A stretch of 64,000 nt of DNA from an uncultured Acidobacteriaceae bacterium (GTDB taxonomy: Bacteria; Acidobacteriota; Terriglobia; Terriglobales; Acidobacteriaceae), in NCBI GenBank assembly GCA_963767745.1, contig CAVYFF010000001.1:116614-180613 (forward strand), written 5' to 3'. Positions 22,441 through 31,685 of the stretch are shown piece by piece. The stretch's first letter is position 1; each line of letters opens with the position of its first letter. Both the position numbers and the translations under genes were made by a program. A model generated the notes under the pieces. The model had not been told where the DNA came from. It searched no databases and worked only from the letters and a program-made list of their open reading frames with translations.

Positions 22441-23775
22441 TCTTCCCCCAGCGCTTTCTCAAAGGCAGCCTTCGCATTCCAGAAGGAAAGCAGGCTTTGT
22501 TCGTAATCATGTTCGGCGTTGGCCACGGCGGCTTGCTGCTGCAGCAGATCGCGCATCAGCACCGCGGACTGTTTGAATTGATCGTTTATTTCGCGCAGCT
22601 TCTCATTGGCTGCGTCCCGGGCCGCCTGGGACACGTCGAGCAGCGAACGGCTCTCCTGGAGCTTGCGGAAAGTGTTGTCGACATCCAGCATCACCTGGGC
22701 CTGCGTTTCCTGCAGCTGGTAGTGGCTTTGCTGGATCGACACATCCTTTTGCTTCACCTCGTCCCGGCGTCCTCCCCAGTCGAAGGGATCCCACTTCAGT
22801 TCCAGCCGGCGGAAAGAATATTCTGCGGCAGAAATCTCGGTGTTGATCGGGTCGAGGTAGTGGATGGCTGCGCCGACATCGGGAATGTACTTGGCCCTGG
22901 AGAGCTTGCGGTCGTAATCGGCGCGCTGGGTATCAATTTCCGCTTCCTTGACTTCGGGCCGCTGCTGCAGCGCCGTTTCCGCGCCGTCTTCAAGTCCATC
23001 TCCGCCGGCGTGATGGGCGGCACCTGCTCGGTGCTAAAGGGGGTATCAAGATCGCGCGCCAGCAGCTCGTTCAGTTGCTCTTTCTGGGTTTGCAGGGTAT
23101 CGCGCAACTGCACGATCTGATAGCGCGACTGGGCCAGCTTCGCTTTGGCCTCCAGGCTGTCCGACTTGAGCACAGATTCCTGGGCCAGATAATCCGTCGC
23201 TACCCGGTCCGTTTCCTCGTATTGCTTAACCAAAGCCTGCGCCGCTTCGAGAGCGCTCTCCGTTTGCAGGGTGGCATAGTACGCCTGCTTCACGCTGGCT
23301 GCGATCGACTGCCGCTGGCCTCTGTATTGCTGGCTGGCCAGATCGGTGGATAACTCCTGCTCCCGGACGGCGAGATGGATCTGGTAAAGCTGGGAGAGCG
23401 GTTGTGCTACCTGCACCGAGGCTGATTCCGGTAATCCCGATTGGAAAGCTTTAGCTTCTGCGGTTGTCTGGTTATCGAACAGATCCGCGGGAAAAGTGAA
23501 CGTCGGGTTGGTTATATCTCCCGAAGCAAACAGATACGTCGTGATGGCAGGGAAACGCTTGGTCTTGGTTTGAGCTACCTCCCACTTCGACTTGACGATA
23601 TCGAGCTTGGCGATGTTTACCGGCCGGTTGTTTTCGACGGCAATCTGAACGGCCTGAGTCAGCGAGAGGACCGGGAGATCGCCTGAGGGTTCTTGTCCCC
23701 GGCGATAGCATCCCGGCCATCAACGCAATCCCGGCAACTGCCCACGGAGAATGACTTTATGTAACGAGCTCGCAT
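22437..23775 (-). pseudogene. TolC-like outer membrane efflux factor, frameshifted
   Basis: The mature part reads QEPSGDLPVLSLTQAVQIAVENNRPVNIAKLDIVKSKWEVAQ.. and continues into ORF 22796..23416. It then reads ETALQQRPEVKEAEIDTQRADYDRK..WDPFDWGGRRDEVKQKD into ORF 22437..22757. About 3 shifts lie near 23745, 23700 and 22990. Its stop overlaps the MFP start (GTGA). Confidence 0.75.
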
Positions 23776-23795
23776 CATTGTTGGACCGTCATCAC

Positions 23796-24487
23796 CTATG
23801 TCAGGTGTGAGCAGCTTAGGAACGGCCTCTCTAGTCCTCCGCCTCCCCCGCCTTGGGGTCCCAGGCTGTTCAGGTCATTTAGTACGGCTTGCCGGTCCTG
23901 GGGACGAAAATCCCCCGCATCCATGGTTTGCTCAATCTCCGACTTCGCCTTCTTGAGCGCCATGAACTGTTGCAGCTTGCCCTCTCCGCTGGTCTTGATG
24001 CTTTGCAGTCCATTCAGACTGTCCTGCAACGTTTCACCTGAGCCTGGGTCGGGTTACCGTGCATCACGGCACCGAATATGTCTTTCCCGAGTTTTGCGCC
24101 CGGGTTCGGTGCTGCTTCGGTCGAGACCGCTGTGGGCTGTTTGGTCGCCATCATCAACTGCAGGTCCTGCTCCAGCGTTTCGCGGTCCGGTTGCTTGACG
24201 CTGGCCATAACCGCCTTCATCTTTGAGACCGCGCCCCAGGGCGTGAGCAGGTCGACGGGCCCGCCCGGTGTTTGGTTTGCCTTGTAGGCCTTCAGGATTT
24301 CTGCGTTGGCCTGCAATTCCTTGAGCTGCGGAATGGTGATGCTGCCATTCAAGACCGCTGCCTTGATGTCGGCTTGAAACTTGTCTTTTGCCGGGTTGGC
24401 GGCTGCATCCTGGGGAGCGGCGAAGGCCAGGGGCAGTTGCGCCGCCAGGACCGCCGAGAGTGAGAGTGTGCGAAGGATCCTTTTCAT
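23796..24487 (-). pseudogene. secreted protein of unknown function, one frameshift near 24030
   Basis: ORF 24014..24487 has the signal peptide MKRILRTLSLSAVLAAQLPLAFA. It continues as ..GNPTQAQ / KTLQDSLNGLQSIKTSGEG.. in ORF 23796..24029, which has a G6 run near the C-terminus. It lies 20 nt upstream of the TolC-like gene. Confidence 0.5.
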
Positions 24488-24559
24488 TTGTTCCTGCTTC
24501 CTTTAGATAGAAGATTGCTTTACTGACTGAATAGCCACGGAACTCATATCAGGCCGCCC

Positions 24560-25321
24560 CTACTCGGCGAGCTCGCCCTTGTCATTGGTCTTGATCCACC
24601 CCTGTGCGGCCATGGACTTGAAGATCTGCTTAGCCGTAGCGTCGGCGGTCTTCGAGGCGTAGGCGTTCACAGTCTTCTTACGGTCGCTAATCGTTGACTT
24701 GGTGGCAACTGCGGCGGGGTTCAATCCGGCGGCCACGGGAACCGCGGAGCCGGCATTCGCGGCGGGTTTGGTCTCAGTCTGAAATTGTGACAACAGGACC
24801 GTGTCGGACGGCGTCTTAAGATGCACATCGACCTTGGTTTCCACGTCTGCTGCCCCGGTGCCCATGCCGATGGTGTCGCGCTCCGCCTTGGTGCCTTCTT
24901 TCAGCGAGGTAAACGATCCCTGGATGAGCATTGCGTTGTCAGTAGGTTTGGTCCCGACTGCCACGTGCTCCACGGGGATACCCGTCTTTTCCATGGCCTT
25001 GACCAGCTCCTGATAGAACGTCTTGTTCGCGCTGGCCGCGACGGCATTCTGGCTCTTGTCTCCGGTAATCAAATGTCTTGGCCGCAGCGATTGCACTTTG
25101 TCCACCTGGACATCGTCCGGGTTGATGGCAAAGTCGTAGACGAGAATCTTCTGTGGCTTGGGTAGCGGACTGCTGCCGGTATATACGGCGACTGGTGTAA
25201 CGGTGACCTTCGCCGACAGTGGCCCCTGGGCCAGCGCACCAGAAACAAGCAAAACACTTGCCGCCGACCACGTGCCAGCGCTTAACCATCCGGTTGTGCT
25301 CCTTAATCTTTTCATCAACAA
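24560..25321 (-). CDS. secreted/lipoprotein-like protein, possibly DUF4410-like
   Basis: Intact 253-aa ORF with an N-terminal hydrophobic signal. The family call is from memory only (KILVYDFAINPDDV type motif). Confidence 0.4.
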   Translation of the reverse strand: MLMKRLRSTTGWLSAGTWSAASVLLVSGALAQGPLSAKVTVTPVAVYTGSSPLPKPQKILVYDFAINPDDVQVDKVQSLRPRHLITGDKSQNAVAASANKTFYQELVKAMEKTGIPVEHVAVGTKPTDNAMLIQGSFTSLKEGTKAERDTIGMGTGAADVETKVDVHLKTPSDTVLLSQFQTETKPAANAGSAVPVAAGLNPAAVATKSTISDRKKTVNAYASKTADATAKQIFKSMAAQGWIKTNDKGELAE

Positions 25322-25771
25322 CGGCTCCTTCCGCCAGGCAACTGGGGGCGGCTTGCTAAGAGTTTGTTAGGTCGACTGGCCTGTTGGCTGCCGGTCGAAG
25401 ATAACCATGAAATTCGGGCCCGTGGAAAGCGCTGCAAGCTAGGTCTGTTGCAAGGCATAACTATGTATGCGGCCTGCAGTCAAAGACCGTTCGCTGGTTC
25501 CATACGAGCCCATTAAGAAACTTCGAGCTCTTGGAACACGAATGGGGGGATCGAGAGGAATGATCGTGGTCCACCCCGGATTCGGTCAATAGACAGCTTC
25601 TAAAACCGATATAAAGTTTGTCTAACCCCATAAAGCTCACTCTTTCCGCTATATACAGCGATTTCCAGTTGCGGATAGAGGCGTTTGAGAATTAAACTTG
25701 CGGTCACCAACGATACTAACCAGGGGAAAAAGTGGACCGCGTAGAATGAGCGCGAGCTAGAGAGCTGATCC

Positions 25772-27775
25772 GTGGCCGCACCAATCCGTTTTGAGGAATT
25801 TGATCTAGACATCGAACGCTACGAGCTACGCCGCTCCGGTCACGCGCTCAAGCTCGAGCGCATCCCAATGGAGCTGCTTATCCTCCTGCTCCAAAGTGAG
25901 GGCAAGCTGGTCCGCCGGGATGTGATTAATCGCCGGCTTTGGGGCGAGAACGCCTTCCAGGATACCGATCACAGCGTTAACACAGCAGTTAACAAGTTGC
26001 GCTTCATCCTTCGTGACGATCCTCGGGACCCACGCTTCATCCAGACCGTAGTTGGTCAGGGGTACCGCTTCATCGCGAAGGTTGCTGTTGAACCGCCCCC
26101 GCACCCCCTCGCCAGCAAGGAAATCCCAGTCCCCTCGGCGCTCAATGGCCATGGCGACGTCACCGGGGAGGGGAATCACAAGCTGCTCGACGTTCCGCCC
26201 GCAGAGCCACTACCCCCAGTCTTACCGCCGGCAGGAAACCCAGCATATGAAGGATATGAAAATACGGCGACCCGGCCCGCTTCGCAAAGACTGATTGCCC
26301 TGGTATTGGTAGGGATCTTCGTTGCCGCAGCCGCGGTTGCCTACGTCGTGCATGTTTGGCACCCGGCGCCCGTGCCGGCGAATGTGGCCGGCGAATTTCA
26401 CTCGATCGCCGTTCTACCCTTTGTGAACCTGGCCCAGAATTCCGATCAGGACTACATCGTGGACGGCATGACAGACCAGCTCATTACCAACCTTGCCGGC
26501 AGCACCCCCCTTCGCGTTATCTCGCGCGGCTCCATGATGCAGTACAAGGGAAAGCAGGTGCCGGTGGGTGAACTTGCCCGGGCGCTGAATGTAGACACAG
26601 TCCTGGAGGGATCGTTTCTACACAACGGCAAGCAGGTGCGCATCACCGCGAACCTGATCGACGTCAGAAACGATCGGCACCTCTGGGCGCAAGTCTATGA
26701 GGAGAGTGGGGACGACCTGTTGAGCATGCAGGAGCCGGTGACCAATGACATCGTGCGCCATGTTGCCGTGGCCCTCGGAAGCAGTGCATCCCCCGCTAAG
26801 CTGCGCCCGGTAAGTGTCAAGGCGCGCGACCTTTATTTGCGAGGCCGCTTTCTCTGGAACAAACGCACCCTCGAATCCCTGAATAAGTCCATTGAGTATT
26901 ACCAGGAAGCAATCAAGGCTGACCCTGAGTACGCGGAAGCCTATGCTGCGATGGGCGACGCCTACGTGCTGCTGAGCAGTTATGGAGACGTCGGCCCTTC
27001 AGGTGCGCTTGCCAAAGCCCAGGAGGCTGCCGAGCGGGCCCTGCAGCTTGGAGGAGGCCTGGCTGAGGCTCATACTGTGCTGGGTGCAGTGAAAACGGAT
27101 CGGGATTGGGATTGGCCGGGGGCAGAGGCTGAGTATCGGCATGCCCTCGAATTGAATCCTTCTTATCCGACTGCCCGCCATTGGTACAGCCTGCATCTTT
27201 CCCGCTTGGGAAAAACGCAGCAGGCCGAGGTTGAGATTCAGCGGGCTCGCGCTCTGGATCCGTTGTCGACCATCATCAGCACCGACGCTGCGGAGACTGC
27301 CTACTGGGCGCGCAAGCCTCAGGAAGCTATGGCGCGCGTGGAAGAAGTTCTGGCGCGCAACCCTTATTTCGCCGAAGCTCACCAGGTAAAAGGAAAGATC
27401 TACGAACAGCAAGGGAAGTATGAGCAGGCATTGGCCGAGTTCAAGATCTCCCTGGCACTTTTCGGCGGAGGTACAAATGTACAGGCTCTGCAGGGTCATG
27501 CCCTTGCACTTGCCGGGGCATCCGAGCAGGCGCTGGAGATTGCCAGGCAGTTGGAAGCAGCATCCACCCGTAGCTATGTCTCCGGCGTTGATATCGCGGC
27601 CGTTTATTGCGGACTTCGCCAACCCGATGCAGCGATGCGCTGGTTCAACCGGGCCTATCTGAACCGCGACAAGGGGATGGACATGATAGGCATCGATCCA
27701 ATCTTCGACGGATGCCGCAGCGACTCTCGCTTTCAAGACCTGGTCAAAAAGTTACGTTTGCAACCATCTGCCTGA
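25772..27775 (+). CDS. CadC/OmpR-type winged-helix transcriptional regulator with TM segment and C-terminal TPR repeats
   Basis: 667-aa GTG ORF. The N-terminus is FEEFDLDIERYELRRSGHALKLERIPMELLILLL..TVVGQGYRF. There is one TM (LIALVLVGIFVAAAAVAYVV), a TolB-N-like region and several TPR units. Confidence 0.75.
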   Translation: MAAPIRFEEFDLDIERYELRRSGHALKLERIPMELLILLLQSEGKLVRRDVINRRLWGENAFQDTDHSVNTAVNKLRFILRDDPRDPRFIQTVVGQGYRFIAKVAVEPPPHPLASKEIPVPSALNGHGDVTGEGNHKLLDVPPAEPLPPVLPPAGNPAYEGYENTATRPASQRLIALVLVGIFVAAAAVAYVVHVWHPAPVPANVAGEFHSIAVLPFVNLAQNSDQDYIVDGMTDQLITNLAGSTPLRVISRGSMMQYKGKQVPVGELARALNVDTVLEGSFLHNGKQVRITANLIDVRNDRHLWAQVYEESGDDLLSMQEPVTNDIVRHVAVALGSSASPAKLRPVSVKARDLYLRGRFLWNKRTLESLNKSIEYYQEAIKADPEYAEAYAAMGDAYVLLSSYGDVGPSGALAKAQEAAERALQLGGGLAEAHTVLGAVKTDRDWDWPGAEAEYRHALELNPSYPTARHWYSLHLSRLGKTQQAEVEIQRARALDPLSTIISTDAAETAYWARKPQEAMARVEEVLARNPYFAEAHQVKGKIYEQQGKYEQALAEFKISLALFGGGTNVQALQGHALALAGASEQALEIARQLEAASTRSYVSGVDIAAVYCGLRQPDAAMRWFNRAYLNRDKGMDMIGIDPIFDGCRSDSRFQDLVKKLRLQPSA

Positions 27776-27830
27776 ACCTTTTCTCGGCGCCGGTTACTCT
27801 CATGGGAATACCCACGAAAGAGGAACCATC

Positions 27831-28314
27831 ATGAACCCTGAACAAGCGTTGGCCGCATCCGCACTGAACTTGTGGAGGACCAACATCGAGAGAGCCGACA
27901 AGCTGTTTTCCCCGCTCACTCAAGAGCAGCTGCAGAAAGAGGTAGCGCCGGGAAAGAATCGCTTGATTTACCTCTGGGGGCATCTCACGGCCGTCCATGA
28001 TCGTATGCTTCCCCTGCTCTACGTGGGAGAGCGTCTTTCGTCCGGAGTATGATCCCCTGTTCATTTCCAATCCGGATCGAGCGAAGCCTGAACTGCCCAA
28101 CCCTCAAGAGATAAAGAAGTCCTGGGACGAGATTAACGGGAAGTTGCTCGCAGGCTTTGAGAGCTTTTCGGCGGCTGACTGGCTACAGAAGCATGCATCC
28201 GTTTCCGACGAAGATTTCGCCAAAGATCCCTCACGCAATCGCTTTTCCGTCCTGCTGAGCAGAACGAATCATATTGGCTTTCACCTGGGACAGACCGCAT
28301 TGATCCCGAAATAA
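27831..28314 (+). pseudogene. DinB-family protein, one frameshift near 28035
   Basis: ORF 27831..28052 (..WGHLTAVHDRMLPLL..) continues in ORF 27997..28314 (..FRPEYDPLFISNPD...RTNHIGFHLGQTALI). Confidence 0.65.
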
Positions 28315-28327
28315 AAAAGCAAACCCC

Positions 28328-28500
28328 TACGCTCCGGTCGTTTTATCCGTTCCTCGCAGAGGTGTCATCCCGACCGGAGCGTAGCAGACAACTACTCCTA
28401 CTTCTTTTGTGCCTTCCTAACGGAGGTGTCATCCCGACCGGAGCGAAGCGCAGTAGAGGGACCTGCTGTTCATCATCCGCAATAGCGAATCTGGATGAAA
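28328..28500. repeat. family B repeat cores preceding the tandem array
   Basis: GTCATCCCGACCGGAGCG occurs at 28364 and 28428, with an inverted fragment GCTCCGGTCG at 28330. The leader ACCTGCTGTTCATCATCCGCAATA is shared with 34620. Confidence 0.8.
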
Positions 28501-28880
28501 GCGCAACCCTCCCCTTTGTCATCCCGACCGAAGCCGAGGGATCTGCGGTTCTGTCATCCATTAACCAACTTCCAGGGAAGCGCAACCCTCCCCTTTGTCA
28601 TCCCGAGCGAAGCCGAGGGATCCGCGGTACTGTCATCCACTAACCAACTTCCAGGGAAGCGCAACCCTCCCCTTTGTCATCCCGAGCGAAGCCGAGGGAT
28701 CCGCGGTACTGTCATCCATTAACCAACTTCCAGGGAAGCGCAACCCTCCCCTTTGTCATCCCGAGCGAAGCCGAGGGATCCGCGGTACTGTCATCCACTA
28801 ACCAACTTCCAGGAAAGCGCAACCCTCCCCTTTGTCATCCCGACCGAAGCGCAGCGAAGTGGAGGGATCTGCAGTTCCGT
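28501..28880 (+). repeat. tandem array of a 79-bp unit (about 4.5 units)
   Basis: Units start at 28501, 28580, 28659, 28738 and 28817 (GCGCAACCCTCCCCTTTGTCATCCCGAGCGAAGCCGAGGGATCCGCGGTACTGTCATCCA(C/T)TAACCAACTTCCAGGGAA). There are no spacers. The overlapping ORFs 28495-29225 are repeat artefacts. Confidence 0.95.
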
Positions 28881-28927
28881 GGACCCCTCTTGGAAATGTT
28901 TTTCGAAAGGTTTTGCGCAAGGAGAAA

Positions 28928-29752
28928 TCACTGGAACATATCGACAATATCGCGCCCCACGGGCGCCTCGTCAGCAAAAGCAAAAGTCCCGTGTTCACGC
29001 ATTTCTCGCGCGCCCCGCACCAACGAACCCATCGCCGCGCGGGCGAGAGCGCTGCCGACGCTCACCCGCCTGACTCCCATTGCTGACAAATCTGCCAGGT
29101 TTAGCGAAACCCCCGCGAGTCCCATAAGGACGTTCACCGGGCGATCGACCGACCTAACCAGGGTAGCAATCTCATCCTTGCTGGTGACGCCAGGGGCGTA
29201 CAGCACATCGGCGCCCGCCTCCTGATATGCCTGCAGCCGTTTGATCGTATCTTTAAGGTCACGCCGGCCGTGCAAATAATTTTCAGCCCGCGCTGTCAGC
29301 GTAAACGCAAAACCCTGGGCATGTGCAACCTCTGCGGCCGCGCGGACTCGTTCCGCTGCCAACGCGAGTTCATAAATAGGATCGCCCGCGCGTCCGGTCG
29401 CATCTTCGATGGACCCACCAACCGCTCCCGCAGCGCCCGCAAGGCGGATGGTTTCCGCAGCCACTTCGGGTGCGTCTCCAAATCCGTTCACGAGATCGGC
29501 GCTGAGCGGCAGGTCCGTAGCGGATGCCAACACCGAAACATGCGCAATCATCGCCTCACGGCCAACCGCGTAGTCCGGCATTCCCATCGAGAAAGCGTAG
29601 CCGCCACTCGTGGTAGCCAGCGCCTCAAATCCCAGATGGCTCAGTATGCGTGCACTGCCGATGTCCCACGGATTCGGAATGATGAATGCGCCATCACGCT
29701 GGTGGAGCGCACGAAAGGCCTGTCCTTTTTCGATCTGTGTTCTTTGTCCCAT
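28928..29752 (-). CDS. isocitrate lyase/PEP mutase superfamily enzyme (methylisocitrate lyase / carboxyvinyl-carboxyphosphonate phosphorylmutase-like)
   Basis: Intact 274-aa ORF with FRALHQRDGAFIIPNPWDIGSARIL, LATTSGGYA and GGSIED motifs. Confidence 0.8.
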   Translation of the reverse strand: MGQRTQIEKGQAFRALHQRDGAFIIPNPWDIGSARILSHLGFEALATTSGGYAFSMGMPDYAVGREAMIAHVSVLASATDLPLSADLVNGFGDAPEVAAETIRLAGAAGAVGGSIEDATGRAGDPIYELALAAERVRAAAEVAHAQGFAFTLTARAENYLHGRRDLKDTIKRLQAYQEAGADVLYAPGVTSKDEIATLVRSVDRPVNVLMGLAGVSLNLADLSAMGVRRVSVGSALARAAMGSLVRGAREMREHGTFAFADEAPVGRDIVDMFQ

Positions 29753-29834
29753 TGCGAAATTATCGCGCCTTTGGGTTTGAGAAACAAAACGAGGCGTAAT
29801 TTACTCTTATGCATCTCACAAGAGAGGATTTTTC

Positions 29835-30302
29835 ATGGCTGGCATTCTGACTCCCGGCACGACGGCTCCCGATTTCGACCTTCCGGTCTCCCCCGACAAG
29901 AAACTCTCGCTCAAGGACCTGCGAGGAAAGCCAGTCATCCTGGCCTTCTATCCGGCAGACTGGAGCCCGGTTTGCGGCGATCAAATGGCTCTTTATAACG
30001 AGGTGTTGCCCGAGTTCAAAAAGTTCGGGGCGGAGCTCGTGGGCATTTCTGTCGATGGCGCCTGGTGCCATGCAGCCTACGCTAAGGATCACAACCTCCA
30101 TTTCCCCCTGGCAGCCGATTTCGAACCGAAAGGCGTCGTCTCTCGCGCTTATGGCGCCTACCACGCAGAGGCGGGCTTCAGTGAACGCGCCCTCTTCGTC
30201 ATCGATAAGAATGGGATCATTCGTTGGAGTCACCTATCGCCCATCGCGGTCAATCCTGGAGCAGATGGCATCCTGCAGGCGTTAGAAGAATTGGAAAAAT
30301 AG
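29835..30302 (+). CDS. AhpC/TSA-family peroxiredoxin
   Basis: 155-aa ORF with PVILAFYPADWSPVCGDQ containing the peroxidatic Cys. Confidence 0.85.
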   Translation: MAGILTPGTTAPDFDLPVSPDKKLSLKDLRGKPVILAFYPADWSPVCGDQMALYNEVLPEFKKFGAELVGISVDGAWCHAAYAKDHNLHFPLAADFEPKGVVSRAYGAYHAEAGFSERALFVIDKNGIIRWSHLSPIAVNPGADGILQALEELEK

Positions 30303-30311
30303 GAGATCCTG

Positions 30312-30838
30312 ATGGCCAAGCTTTCTGTTGCAGTGAGTGCGAAGGACCACCGCCAGGGAGATCCGACGCTCCCTGCACCCTGGTGGAGTACGGAGATTAC
30401 CAATGCCCCTCTTGCGGGCAGGCGTATCCGATCGTCAAGCGTGTGCAGAAACACTACGGCAAGCGCTTATCGTTTGTATTCCGTAACTTTCCCTTGACCC
30501 AGATGCATCCGTTTGCGGAGCCGGCGGCCGAGACCGCGGAATTTGCCGGAGCGAACGGCAAGTTCTGGGGAATGCACGACCTGATCTACGAAAACCAGGC
30601 GCGCCTGGGCGACGACGAACTTCTGCCGGAGCTGGCAAAGCAACTGCATCTTGCTCCCGACAAGCTGCTTGAGGCCCTGGAGTCAAAGGAGTTTGAACCC
30701 CGAGTAAAAGCCGATTTCAGCAGCGGCGTGCGCAGCGGTGTGAACGGAACCCCAACCTTCTTCATCAACGGTCAAAGGCATGACGGCCCGTATGACTTCG
30801 CTTCTCTCGTGGAAGCAATTGGTAGGGCCCTGGAATAG
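30312..30838 (+). pseudogene. DsbA-like thioredoxin-fold oxidoreductase, one frameshift near 30360
   Basis: MAKLSVAVSAKDHRQGDP (ORF 30312..) continues as ..APCTLVEYGDYQCPSCGQAYP.. (ORF 30224..30838). It lies 9 nt after the peroxiredoxin gene. Confidence 0.75.
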
Positions 30839-30869
30839 CAGACTTGTCCAAATTAAGCTCGGCCGTCGG

Positions 30870-31130
30870 CGATTCCAATTCATCTTGGAAACGGCACCTA
30901 GCGTTCCCAAACTGAATTGTCATCCCGACCGGAGCGTACCCGGATTTCCTGCCACGCTGCACTGGACAAGACAGCGTGTGCGCCTTTCTGTAAGGGAAAG
31001 GCGCATGAAGTGCACCAACGCCACTAAGTTCCACAGGAAATTCGGGGGAGCGTAGCGGAGGGATCTGCGGTGCGCCTCTCGGCCTTCCCGAATTCTTGAG
31101 TTTGAGCGCACAGTTCTCACTCAGACTCTA
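30870..31130. repeat. family B repeat copy, interrupted by a nested insertion
   Basis: Collinear with 10294-10440, except for 108 extra bp between GTCATCCCGACCGGAGCGTA and GCGGAGGGATCTGCGGTGCGCC. Confidence 0.85.
30939..31046. mobile_element. 108-bp MITE-like insertion with terminal inverted repeats and 8-bp target-site duplication
   Basis: The TIRs are CCCGGATTTCCTG (30939-30951) and CAGGAAATTCGGG (31034-31046), matching 12/13. GGAGCGTA is duplicated at 30931-30938 and 31047-31054. There is an internal 9-bp stem GCGCCTTTC/GAAAGGCGC. The uninterrupted target is seen at 10358-10366. Confidence 0.75.
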
Positions 31131-31215
31131 AAAGCCCCGGCCATCGTAAATCCTGCACGAAATTCCAATGGAACGAAGCGCTAGTTTGGACAGCTCTGCT
31201 GAAATAAACCCTGCC

Positions 31216-31674
31216 TCACTTCTCCGCATCGGTGTGCCAACCGGGGTTGGTCCATTGACCATCCTGCAGGACGAAGACTTCCGTAGCGCGGCCAGAACTA
31301 ACCGAGCGTTTTCCCTTCATTTTCGTTTCCACTATGTACGCGCTGTAAAGGATGGCCACATCCCCAAAACGCTGAATCTCTGTTCGGGGAAACTCGAGAC
31401 GGACAAGTTTGCCGCCGTCCTTCTGAAATTGCACAGCGGATTGGAGCACCTCATCCTGGTGCTTCCACTGCGGCTCGCCGGCACTGATGACAATGGTGCC
31501 GGGAGGAACCAGTTTCCTCAGGGTGCTTACATCGTTGGCGAACCAGGACCGCCACACCGCTTGCCGCACGGTCAATAATTGCGAACGCTCATCCGCGCTG
31601 GCAGCCAATCCTGTTGCGCTTGATCCCGCCAGAATCGCGATGGTCACGGCAAGGGTAAAAAGTCGACGATGCAT
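31216..31674 (-). CDS. secreted SnoaL/NTF2-like (DUF4440-like) protein
   Basis: ORF 31216..32007 trimmed to MHRRLFTLAVTIAILAGSSATGLAASA. The C-terminus ..VFVLQDGQWTNPGWHTD is typical of the NTF2-like fold. Confidence 0.55.
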   Translation of the reverse strand: MHRRLFTLAVTIAILAGSSATGLAASADERSQLLTVRQAVWRSWFANDVSTLRKLVPPGTIVISAGEPQWKHQDEVLQSAVQFQKDGGKLVRLEFPRTEIQRFGDVAILYSAYIVETKMKGKRSVSSGRATEVFVLQDGQWTNPGWHTDAEK

Positions 31675-31685
31675 AGGTCCTCCGA

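Noticed and set aside
16163-24487. Programmed ribosomal frameshifting or transcriptional slippage as an explanation for the frame changes
   Set aside because: There are far too many sites per gene (up to about 7), in both directions. I saw no shared slippery heptamer or downstream structure at the junctions I inspected.
28495-29225. Family of overlapping ORFs (MSSRAKPRDPRYCHPLTNFQGSATLPFVIPSEAEGSAVLSS..), and a possible CRISPR array
   Set aside because: The ORFs are simply the 79-bp tandem repeat read in frame. The units are contiguous with no unique spacers, and no cas genes are nearby, so it is not a CRISPR array.
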